50,196 nt of DNA from a virus. Shown here in pieces: positions 33,623-40,667 of this stretch. The notes below the pieces were generated by a model. That model worked only from the letters and a program-made list of their open reading frames with translations. It was not told where the DNA came from and did no database searches. Positions within the stretch are counted from its first letter, which is position 1, and the number at the start of each line of letters is the position of its first letter. The position numbers and the translations under genes were made by a program. The stretch lies in IMG/VR virus record IMGVR_UViG_3300006149_000020. The stretch is one strand, 5' to 3'.

Positions 33623-33961
33623 ATGTCCGCGCCGAACCTCAAAGAGATAGAATGGGCCATCTCTGAGTTGGAGCAGGAGGAGAGCTCCGAAGACCGGTAC
33701 ACGCTGCTGGCTGCGCTCTACACCTGCCGGAACGAGATGCTTGGCCTGTCCGCTCCCCAACCGCAGATCGCGGCCTACTCGGAAGCGCCGGCTCCGGCCC
33801 AAGAACGGCTGGGCCATTATGGCGACAGCGACTTCCTAAGAGCGGTAGCGGGGAAGGACCCGTCGGACGCATGGGCGGTCATGGATGAGCTCATGGAGAC
33901 GCTCCAGGTGGTGAACCAGAGGGCCTATGACAGCGTGATGCGGAAGCTGGGGAGATTGTGA
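33623..33961 (+). CDS. Hypothetical protein (112 aa), partner of the previous gene
   Basis: MSAPNLKEIEWAISELEQEESSEDRYTLLAALYTCRNEM...DSDFLRAVAGKDP...MDELMETLQVVNQRAYDSVMRKL. Confidence 0.5.
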   Translation: MSAPNLKEIEWAISELEQEESSEDRYTLLAALYTCRNEMLGLSAPQPQIAAYSEAPAPAQERLGHYGDSDFLRAVAGKDPSDAWAVMDELMETLQVVNQRAYDSVMRKLGRL

Positions 33962-33962
33962 C

Positions 33963-33988
33963 GAGGAGGGGCTGAGAGGCCCCTCCTC
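33963..33988. terminator. Bidirectional hairpin between convergent genes
   Basis: GAGGAGGGGC-tgagag-GCCCCTCCTC. Confidence 0.55.
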
Positions 33989-33993
33989 CTACT

Positions 33994-34039
33994 ATTACAT
34001 AAAATATCTTCTTCGGTAGATGAACATACTTTATGTAAT
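33994..34039. other. Candidate attP core (inverted repeat next to the integrase 3' end)
   Basis: ATTACATAAA-N26-TTTATGTAAT in the AT-rich gap 15 nt from the integrase stop. Confidence 0.35.
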
Positions 34040-34053
34040 AACTGAAAGCAAAA

Positions 34054-35394
34054 TCAAAAAGCCAAATCAAACTCTATGTGTCGATCTGGATAAACCCGTA
34101 TCTCCTTTATGATCGCCCTCCAAATGTTCCGCTTTTGCTCTTGGCTCAACTCCTGATAGTCTTTTGCCCAACCATCCGTTGTTACGATTTCTAACCCAGA
34201 AAGATCGGGTTCATGTGCGGGCCTGTCCATTTTGGATAGCTCATCGAGCCGAGTCGAAAGCGAAGCATGGTCAAGCTTGTATTCGTCCAATGAGATGAGG
34301 TCGTTTACATAAAGCTCTTTCAAACGGCGTAACTTCCCGCGCACTGTAGCTATCTCTACCTTATAGTCTTTCCTTTTGGCGGCTTCCATTTCTGTGCTGC
34401 GCTCAAATCTGCGTCGCTCGACCTTTTCCGTCAATGTTCCCATGATGTACTGCTCGACCTTTTTTTCTGCTATGCAAACTTTATTTTGACATTTCCCGCC
34501 CATGATATAACGAGTGGGGCAGGTATAGTATTGATACGAGCACGTGGAGGCCCGACGGGTCCCCATCCTGCGTCCACATTCAGGGCACTTGATGAGTCCG
34601 GAAAACAAAAAGATGTTGTTCTTTGGGGATTTTCTCACTACCTTTCGTCTCATCCCCTGTATTCTTTCAAATTCTTCTTTGGTCAAATACGGAGGCGTCA
34701 TGCCATCTGCGCCAAAGTACCTCCCATAGTAAGCGGTGCAGCCCATCATTTTATGCACTCTTTGATAGGTGAGGTTTATCCCAAATCGCTCTGCCACATC
34801 TCGTTGTGCCGATGCGATCGACCCAGATGAAAGGAACGATCCAAAAAACGTACTGACGGCCTTTTCGGTCTTTGGATCCTTGACGATCTTCTTTTCCTCG
34901 ATGATGTATCCATAAGGCATTTGACCGGTAAGTGGCTCCAGTTTGTTCCGCTTACTTTCGAATACAGCCTTGATGCGCTCTGAGGTCCTGTCCGCCTCGT
35001 CCTGAGCCACGCTGAGCATGATGTTTATCTTCAGCCGCCCAGACGCGGTGGAGGTGTCGTAATCCTCCTGGATGGTACGCCAGTCCACATGGCACTTCTC
35101 CAAGATCTCCTGGACCTTGTAGTACTCTGCGATATTGCGGAACCATCGGTCCAGCTTGGTGAACACGATGAGCTCGCCCCTTCCGGCCTGGGCGTCTAGG
35201 AGGAGCCGTTGCAGCTCCGGACGCTTCTTGGCAGGCTTCCGGGCGGAAATGCCCGCGTCTATGTAGACGCCCACCACCTTGTGTCCGTTTGTCTTGGCCC
35301 ATTCCTCCAGGGCTGTGACCTGCGCCTCGATAGACAGTCCGTGGACCGCCTGCTCCTCGGTGGATACGCGGGCGTATAGGAAAACTTGCTTCAT
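34054..35394 (-). CDS. Large serine recombinase (integrase)
   Basis: Resolvase N-domain LYARVSTEEQ...GLSIEAQ, a recombinase domain, a Cys cluster (CPECGRRMG...CPTRY...C) and a coiled C-terminus. An in-frame ATG at 35412 is an alternative. Confidence 0.9.
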   Translation of the reverse strand: MKQVFLYARVSTEEQAVHGLSIEAQVTALEEWAKTNGHKVVGVYIDAGISARKPAKKRPELQRLLLDAQAGRGELIVFTKLDRWFRNIAEYYKVQEILEKCHVDWRTIQEDYDTSTASGRLKINIMLSVAQDEADRTSERIKAVFESKRNKLEPLTGQMPYGYIIEEKKIVKDPKTEKAVSTFFGSFLSSGSIASAQRDVAERFGINLTYQRVHKMMGCTAYYGRYFGADGMTPPYLTKEEFERIQGMRRKVVRKSPKNNIFLFSGLIKCPECGRRMGTRRASTCSYQYYTCPTRYIMGGKCQNKVCIAEKKVEQYIMGTLTEKVERRRFERSTEMEAAKRKDYKVEIATVRGKLRRLKELYVNDLISLDEYKLDHASLSTRLDELSKMDRPAHEPDLSGLEIVTTDGWAKDYQELSQEQKRNIWRAIIKEIRVYPDRHIEFDLAF

Positions 35395-35457
35395 AGCTTT
35401 AGATCCTTCCATCCACTAATCACCTCCCTTCATAATACCTGATTCTGCTTCCGCGCT

Positions 35458-36243
35458 TTACTTCACCCAATCCGGCTTTAAGACCTCGATAAATTTCCCG
35501 TAGCACTCCGCACATTGTAGATCTCCGATGTAGATATCTTCTATAGCGGGGTTCAGCGAAACGAGCTTGTCAGCTTGGTATTCTTTCAAATATCCTTGAC
35601 CATCGATAATGAATACGCCGATCTCTCCGATCTTGACGCTTGGCTGCATCCTTATCAAAACACGGTCTCCGTCCGCTATGACCGGTTCCATGCTGCGCCC
35701 GACTACTTTCAAGATCACGTCCGCCTGTTTGGTATACTTGTTCATCTCAACCGTGACTTCATCGCATCCATCATCCAACAGGAATGCGCCCGCGCCCTCT
35801 GCGGCAGCAACCTGGGCGTATGGCTGATGCAAAATGACAACGGGCGCGATCTCCTCCGCGATCTCCACCTGCTCCCGCTTGTCGCGCAGGACCGCGGCTT
35901 GCTTCTGCCGCACTTCCTCGCACCGCCGGGATTCCACATCTAGAACGCCGTCTACCGCTTCCTTCCCGTAGGGGTCGAGGAGGCGATATTTTTTTACAAG
36001 ATTCTCCATCTCTTGTGGGGTTGCACGAACGTCTCGCATAGCCTTGGCTTCATCCTGAAACAAATAATTGGCATCAACACTTAGAACATCCATAATCTTA
36101 GATAATATGATCATGTTTGGCTCACTGTATCCCTTTTCGTACCCCGTATACGTTGACTTTGCAACGCCAATTTTGGTTGCCACTTGTTCCTGGGTGAATC
36201 CCTGCTTTTTTCGAGCTTCCTTCATTCTATCTGTCAAAGCCAT
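35458..36243 (-). CDS. CI/LexA-like repressor (XRE HTH plus S24 peptidase domain)
   Basis: HTH QEQVATKIGVAKSTYTGYEKG. C-terminus VVGRSMEPVIADGDRVLI...GEIGVFIIDGQGYLKEY. GGAGG RBS before the ATG at 36243. Confidence 0.85.
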   Translation of the reverse strand: MALTDRMKEARKKQGFTQEQVATKIGVAKSTYTGYEKGYSEPNMIILSKIMDVLSVDANYLFQDEAKAMRDVRATPQEMENLVKKYRLLDPYGKEAVDGVLDVESRRCEEVRQKQAAVLRDKREQVEIAEEIAPVVILHQPYAQVAAAEGAGAFLLDDGCDEVTVEMNKYTKQADVILKVVGRSMEPVIADGDRVLIRMQPSVKIGEIGVFIIDGQGYLKEYQADKLVSLNPAIEDIYIGDLQCAECYGKFIEVLKPDWVK

Positions 36244-36258
36244 GTTCCCGCCTCCTTG

Positions 36259-36296
36259 TATTGACAAGATAACACCAAAGTTAATGTTAGTCAATA
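36259..36296. promoter_or_regulatory. Operator-like inverted repeat and repressor-side promoter
   Basis: TATTGAC-N24-GTCAATA. TTGACT/TATCTT elements on the - strand. The TATTGAC(A/T)A motif also occurs near 36903. Confidence 0.45.
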
Positions 36297-36335
36297 TGGA
36301 GGTTTGATTTTCCCAAACTTTTTGCATTTGCCCAC

Positions 36336-36364
36336 TTGACAATGTTGTATTTCGCGACTATACT
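36336..36364 (+). promoter_or_regulatory. Rightward (Cro-side) promoter
   Basis: TTGACA-17nt-TATACT. Confidence 0.6.
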
Positions 36365-36413
36365 GAGTGCGAGGTTGGGAAACTCGACCAAACAGAAAGG
36401 AGGATGTAGCAAC

Positions 36414-36647
36414 ATGTCTATATCTGAATGTAACGCAACCGTTCCGCAGAATTTGGCTCGCATTATCAAGGAGCGCGGCCTCAAACAAAGTGCAGTTGCA
36501 CAGTGGGCCGGATATTCCGGCCAGCAGCTCACTGATATGTTGAACGGTCGCAAGATTATCAAGCCCTGCGACATTCTGATGATCTCCAATGCCATCGGCA
36601 TCAACGTTGGGGACCTTTTCACAGACACCGGCCAGCCCAGCACATAA
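36414..36647 (+). CDS. Cro-like XRE HTH regulator
   Basis: GAAAGGAGG RBS. LARIIKERGLKQSAVAQWAGYSGQQLTDMLNGRK. Divergent from the repressor. Confidence 0.7.
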   Translation: MSISECNATVPQNLARIIKERGLKQSAVAQWAGYSGQQLTDMLNGRKIIKPCDILMISNAIGINVGDLFTDTGQPST

Positions 36648-36650
36648 GAA

Positions 36651-36679
36651 GCCAGCTAGGGGTGGTGTCCCTAGCTGGC
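36651..36679. terminator. Bidirectional hairpin (11-bp perfect stem)
   Basis: GCCAGCTAGGG-gtggtgt-CCCTAGCTGGC, between the convergent cro-like and small basic ORFs. Confidence 0.6.
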
Positions 36680-36690
36680 CAGATACCGAC

Positions 36691-36822
36691 TCATTTAGGC
36701 CGCCGGTTGGAAAGCACAGAAGCAGCAAGCGACTTTGTTGTTTTGCTAGTACGCTTGCTCTGGAGCGCTCTCGAAGCCTTGGAGGCTACCCCACGGGAAG
36801 TCCTCACGGAATTGCGTGCCAT
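36691..36822 (-). CDS. Small basic Ser/Lys/Arg-rich protein (43 aa)
   Basis: AAAGGAGGTGATTGA then ATG on the - strand. MARNSVRTSRGVASKASRALQSKRTSKTTKSLAASVLSNRRPK. Below the ORF-track cutoff. Confidence 0.4.
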   Translation of the reverse strand: MARNSVRTSRGVASKASRALQSKRTSKTTKSLAASVLSNRRPK

Positions 36823-36878
36823 TCAATCACCTCCTTTCTTACCCGTATCGATTGGAGGAGTAGAACAACACTATTTTA

Positions 36879-36908
36879 ATTTTAATTGAAAAACTATTAA
36901 ATTGTCAA
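36879..36908 (-). promoter_or_regulatory. Leftward promoter in the AT-rich block
   Basis: On the - strand, TTGACA-18nt-TAAAAT. Confidence 0.5.
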
Positions 36909-36945
36909 TATTTTGTGTGTAAACAATTTGTGAATACACAAAATA
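36909..36945. promoter_or_regulatory. Perfect 10-bp inverted repeat (operator-like)
   Basis: TATTTTGTGT-N17-ACACAAAATA. Overlaps a possible rightward promoter, TTGAAA(36886)-17-TATTTT. Confidence 0.5.
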
Positions 36946-37018
36946 AAGTGGTGGTTTGCCTTGACGCCAGCCGGCCCAGCGCGTGAGGCGGAAGGTCGGC
37001 GGGGGAGGGGGTGAATCA

Positions 37019-37237
37019 TTGAAAAAGACTTTTGAAGAAATCAACAATTCTAGACTATTCTTGTACAGCGAGAACGATGAGACCCGCAACAGTAGAACCG
37101 ATGATTGCAACCGCAATGTCGTGCCTGAACTTCTCTCACTCATTTATGGGACCCTTCGCATTCTGCTCTTTTTTATCAGCATTTTCTCTGGTGCGATCAT
37201 TGCGCTCCTTTTCAGAATGATCTCCACACTTACCTGA
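37019..37237 (+). CDS. Small protein with a C-terminal TM helix (72 aa)
   Basis: GGAGGGGGTG then TTG. ...VVPELLSLIYGTLRILLFFISIFSGAIIALLF. The start codon is uncertain. Confidence 0.35.
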   Translation: MKKTFEEINNSRLFLYSENDETRNSRTDDCNRNVVPELLSLIYGTLRILLFFISIFSGAIIALLFRMISTLT

Positions 37238-37251
37238 GAGGAGGTGTGCAT

Positions 37252-37413
37252 GTGGACCATCCCCATTCTTTTGAGGACTACAAGGCCGCGCTCCAGGACA
37301 CGCCCAGCAAACGTATCCGAGAGGAGCTGCTGGCTGAGGCAGACAGGGGCGGAAGGTTCTCCCCCTGGCAGATGGCGGAGCTGTCTATGGCTCGAGAAGA
37401 GTTATGGGCGTGA
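37252..37413 (+). CDS. Small hypothetical protein (53 aa)
   Basis: GAGAGGAGG then GTG. VDHPHSFEDYKAALQDTPSKRIREELLAEADRGGRFSPWQMAELSMAREELWA. The overlapping 119-aa track ORF is Arg/Trp-rich and looks off-frame. Confidence 0.35.
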   Translation: MDHPHSFEDYKAALQDTPSKRIREELLAEADRGGRFSPWQMAELSMAREELWA

Positions 37414-37521
37414 GCGGAGCGCCTGGGCCGTCAGCATCATGCCGTCGGATAGTCTAAGCAAACTCTATACGACAAAGGAGAAAGTCAAACGAAAGCAAAA
37501 GATTTCTATGGCAGGAGCGTC

Positions 37522-38025
37522 GTGGACAGTCGCGAGGTCGCGGCGATGGTGGAGAAGAAGCATAAGAATCTTCTTGCCGACATTCGTGGGTACATCGAAA
37601 TAATGGAGAGATCTGGAGAGCTGAAATTTCAGCCGTCCGAATTCTTTATCCTCAGCACCTATGTAAGTGAGCAGAACAAAGAGCTCCCCTGCTATTTCAT
37701 CACCAAGAAGGGTTGTGACATGATCGCCAACAAGCTCACTGGCGAGAAGGGCGTGCTGTTCACTGCGGCATATGTCAGCGCCTTTGAGGAGATGCAGCAA
37801 ACCATCGCGGCTCCCAGGCACATCCCCGAGGTCTCGCCGGGAGGGCTGGCCAAGCTCATCCTTGCCACCCGCAAGGTGATGCTGGAGGCCGGGAGCTCTG
37901 CCCTCGACGTGCGGGAGGCCACCAAGAGCATCTATGAGACTTGGCGCGTCCCCGTCCCGCCCGTGCTCACGAAGCATCTCCCTGGCCAGATCAGCTTGTT
38001 CGAACGCCCTGCCTTGGAACAGTAA
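37522..38025 (+). CDS. Rha-family regulatory protein (paralogue 3; N-terminus lacks an ATG)
   Basis: VDSREVAAMVEKKHKNLLADIR...YFITKKGCDMIANKLTGEKGVLFTAAYVSAFEEM. The C-terminus matches paralogue 1. Upstream in-frame codons (KDFYGRSV) still resemble a Rha N-terminus. Confidence 0.75.
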   Translation: MDSREVAAMVEKKHKNLLADIRGYIEIMERSGELKFQPSEFFILSTYVSEQNKELPCYFITKKGCDMIANKLTGEKGVLFTAAYVSAFEEMQQTIAAPRHIPEVSPGGLAKLILATRKVMLEAGSSALDVREATKSIYETWRVPVPPVLTKHLPGQISLFERPALEQ

Positions 38026-38095
38026 AAAGTCCCGCCCAGAGGGGAAAGCCGGACAAGCGCAGCGGCATATCATTACAGGAAAGGGAGGTGCTTCC

Positions 38096-38227
38096 ATGAA
38101 AACCGAGGACGAAGTCTTGGCCCTGCTTTTACAGATGACCAAAAATATGAGGCTTGAGAATATGGGGCTACCGTATCGTGTCACCTATACTCCCGTGCCG
38201 ATCGACAAGGAAGAAGCCAACGAATGA
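38096..38227 (+). CDS. Small hypothetical protein (43 aa)
   Basis: AAGGGAGGTG RBS. MKTEDEVLALLLQMTKNMRLENMGLPYRVTYTPVPIDKEEANE. Confidence 0.35.
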   Translation: MKTEDEVLALLLQMTKNMRLENMGLPYRVTYTPVPIDKEEANE

Positions 38228-38379
38228 GGATATCTGCTGGATGTTCACCCATCCAGCGGTGATGGACAAGCCCTATCGGACCATGCCAAAACGATGAGCT
38301 TTTGACGTGAAGGGTCGTCTGTGGTCTTGATATAGTTGTGGGTATGAAAATACATTTTGTAACTTTGAGGAGGATAAAA

Positions 38380-38559
38380 ATGATCGAACTGACAAGAAAC
38401 TTTCCCCTGGACATCATCGAGCAGTGGTTGAAGGACGAGGACTGGCGTGTACGGGCCGCAGCAATGAATGTATGGCCAGAGGGTGATCACCACCGAACTG
38501 CTGGCCCAGGTCTACGAGACCGACACCAACAACATCACACAGAATTTCAAGCGCAATAA
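38380..38559 (+). pseudogene. Possible HEAT-repeat-like gene remnant
   Basis: GAGGAGG RBS. Only the first ~31 aa look protein-like (MIELTRNFPLDIIEQWLKDEDWRVRAAAMNV); the rest overlaps the next gene out of frame. Confidence 0.25.
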
Positions 38560-39078
38560 AAGCAATTTTAGGGAAGGGGTCCATTACTTCCTGCTGCAAG
38601 GAAAGGACTTGGACTCCTTCAGATTGCAAGTGACTGATAGTCATCTGCAAATTTCTCCAATGACTCGCTCACTTTACCTTTGGACCGAGCTGGGGTCAAG
38701 CCGGAGTATCAGGCACTGGCGGTCAGCGATTTCTACCAGACCGACGGGGTCCACCTCCCGCGCATCGCCTTACAGGGCACGAAAGTCACCTATGACAAGG
38801 GGACGGTCGCGGAAAAGCTGGGCGTCTATTCCAAAGCATCGGGCGGCAAGGCGCCCCACGCGCAGGCCATGGGAGCGATCATCTCCGAACTGACGCTCTC
38901 ACCGGAGGAGCGAGAGGCGGTACCTTACATCCGCAACGGCCATGATGGGACGGACTTCCAGTACACGCAGAGCGTCATCGACAAGGTCCACAGTTGGTTG
39001 GAGGAGCGGGCCTGGCCGGATACGATCTCTGCCGGAGGCAAGAACTATCCCATCGTGTATCGAAAAGCGAAGGGATGA
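38468..39078 (+). pseudogene. ORF6N/KilA-N-type antirepressor-like gene interrupted by a 1-nt frameshift at a G4 run
   Basis: Frame A: MYGQRVITTELLAQVYETDTNNITQNFKRNKSNFREGVHYFLL...SLYLWTE. After GGGG (38692-38695) sensible sequence continues in the next frame to 39078, while frame A becomes Arg/Ser-rich. Confidence 0.55.
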
Positions 39079-39160
39079 GGGCATCTATCCCACATATGTG
39101 GATAGGGCCGAAAGATCGTGTCGGCAGCGTTCTTTTGTACATTCGAATGAGGAGGAAGCT

Positions 39161-39946
39161 ATGAACGGGACATTCAAGATCACCCTGGCTTACTTGAAAG
39201 AGCTGGGAGCCTGCCGAGAGGGGCAGCGGGAATTCCAGAGGGCGTTCCCAGATGGCGGGGAGTATCAAGAAGTGCTCGACCGCTGTGCTGAGGAGGACCG
39301 AGTCGACCTTGGCCGATGGCTGCTCGAACATGTTGGCCCAACAGAAGATGTGCGAGTCTACGAGGAAGCGATTGATGACGCTGATAAAAATATCATTTTT
39401 GCTGGTGGACTCGATTTTAGGGCCGAAGTGAAAATAAGATCTTTGCTTTCAGGCTGTGGCATCAAGGCAGGTGATGGCATCAAGGCAGGCTGTGGCATCC
39501 AGGCTGGCTGGGGCATCGAGGCAGGCTGGGGCATCGAGGCAGGCTGGGGCATCGAGGCAGGCCGTGGCATCAAGGCAGGCTGGGGCATCGAGGCAGGCTG
39601 TGGCATCCAGGCAGGCTGGGGCATCGAGGCAGGCTGGGGCATCGAGGCAGGCCGTGGCATCAAGGCAGGCTGGGGCATCAAGGCAGGCTGTGGCATCCAG
39701 GCAGGCTGGGGCATCGAGGCAGGCTGGGGCATCGAGGCAGGCCGTGGCATCCAGGCAGGCTGGGGCATCAAGGCAGGCTGTGGCATCCAGGCAGGCTGGG
39801 GCATCGAGGCAGGTGATGATTTCTGCATATTTGCGGGGCTGAATGTTCGCAAGTCGGACCAGGAGCATCATGCGATCGTGACGGCAAATGCAAAGCCTGA
39901 GAATTTGATGTCCGGATGCTGGAGACCAAAAGAGAACATGACATAA
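39161..39946 (+). CDS. Hexapeptide-repeat (GxGIxA) protein, predicted beta-solenoid
   Basis: GAGGAGGAAGCT then ATG. ~99-aa N-domain (LKELGACREGQREFQRAFPDGGEY), 20 hexapeptides, ~43-aa tail. Confidence 0.7.
   Translation: MNGTFKITLAYLKELGACREGQREFQRAFPDGGEYQEVLDRCAEEDRVDLGRWLLEHVGPTEDVRVYEEAIDDADKNIIFAGGLDFRAEVKIRSLLSGCGIKAGDGIKAGCGIQAGWGIEAGWGIEAGWGIEAGRGIKAGWGIEAGCGIQAGWGIEAGWGIEAGRGIKAGWGIKAGCGIQAGWGIEAGWGIEAGRGIQAGWGIKAGCGIQAGWGIEAGDDFCIFAGLNVRKSDQEHHAIVTANAKPENLMSGCWRPKENMT
39458..39817 (+). repeat. Tandem repeat, 20 x 18 bp (consensus GGCATCGAGGCAGGCTGG), in-frame
   Basis: Counted directly. Variants occur at codons 3 (GAG/AAG/CAG) and 6 (TGG/TGT/CGT/GAT), with a loose 5-unit (90-bp) super-period. 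Confidence 0.95.
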
Positions 39947-39966
39947 ACGTCTGATAGGAGGAAACT

Positions 39967-40083
39967 ATGGAAACGAAGATCGAAGCAGGTCCGGAAGTGT
40001 GGGCCGTGTTCCCGGCCGAGGACTGCTGGCCCACGAGAGAGGCCGCGCTCACGGCGCTTGAAGAGGAGGGAGGAGCGCGATGA
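39967..40083 (+). CDS. Small hypothetical protein (38 aa)
   Basis: TAGGAGGAAACT then ATG. METKIEAGPEVWAVFPAEDCWPTREAALTALEEEGGAR. ATGA-coupled to the next gene. Confidence 0.35.
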   Translation: METKIEAGPEVWAVFPAEDCWPTREAALTALEEEGGAR

Positions 40084-40667
40084 GGAAGCGTCTGGACGAC
40101 CTGTTCGCCCTGCTGATGCTGGCCTTCGGAGTGGCGGCGGTGCTGGCCGGCGGCTGGTGCCTGGCCCATTCCATCGATCGGGCCAGAGCGGAGGCAGAGC
40201 CTATCCCTGTGGCCAGCGTACATATCGAGCTGCCCCAGCCGTCCCTTGAGCCTGCGCCCGCGCAGGAGCCGCTGCCCACGCCGACTCCAGCGCCTTATGA
40301 CCCGGACGTCCCGCTGTCCCTGGAGCTCCAGCTCGTGCTCGACGAGGTCTGCGCTGAGACCGGGGTCCCCGTTGCCCTGGCCCTGGGCTTGATCGAGGTG
40401 GAGAGCGGCTTCCAGGTGGACGCGGTGAGCCCGTCGGGCTGCGTGGGGCTTTGCCAACTGAACCCCCGCTATTTCCCGGACGAGCTCTCCCCGGCGGACA
40501 ACCTTCGGGCAGGCATTAGATATCTGGGGGAGCTGCTGGAACGGCACAGGGACACGGCTGCGGCCCTGACTTCATACAATGCTGGCCATGATACCGGCGC
40601 GAGAGGCTACGCGGATGCCGTCCTCGCGGCGGCGGAAAGGTGGGAGGAGCATGGAGCACTTAGGTGA
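40080..40667 (+). CDS. Membrane-anchored lytic transglycosylase (SLT domain)
   Basis: N-terminal TM LFALLMLAFGVAAVLAGGW, a Pro-rich linker, and SLT motifs IEVESGF...GLCQL...YNAG. Confidence 0.8.
   Translation: MRKRLDDLFALLMLAFGVAAVLAGGWCLAHSIDRARAEAEPIPVASVHIELPQPSLEPAPAQEPLPTPTPAPYDPDVPLSLELQLVLDEVCAETGVPVALALGLIEVESGFQVDAVSPSGCVGLCQLNPRYFPDELSPADNLRAGIRYLGELLERHRDTAAALTSYNAGHDTGARGYADAVLAAAERWEEHGALR

Noticed and set aside
37244-37603. 119-aa track ORF as the gene downstream of the RBS at 37237
   Set aside because: It has Arg/Trp/Ser-rich off-frame-like composition and runs into the Rha gene. The adjacent frame gives a compact 53-aa product with balanced composition ending at 37413.
39458-39817. 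Possible CRISPR array because of many short identical repeats
   Set aside because: The 18-bp units are directly contiguous with no spacers and stay in frame inside an ORF with an RBS. This is a coding tandem repeat.
39358-39871. Minus-strand and alternative plus-frame ORFs through the repeat (MPQPA..., ACLDA..., ASRQAG...)
   Set aside because: Every frame is open through a perfect 18-bp repeat. Only the GxGIxA frame connects to a non-repetitive N-domain with a strong RBS at 39161.
40579-40650. Upstream in-frame extension of the methyltransferase ORF as the missing motif-I region
   Set aside because: The sequence MLAMIPAREATRMPSSRRRKGGRS has no FxGxG, overlaps the SLT gene in another frame, and a GGAGG RBS precedes the ATG at 40651.
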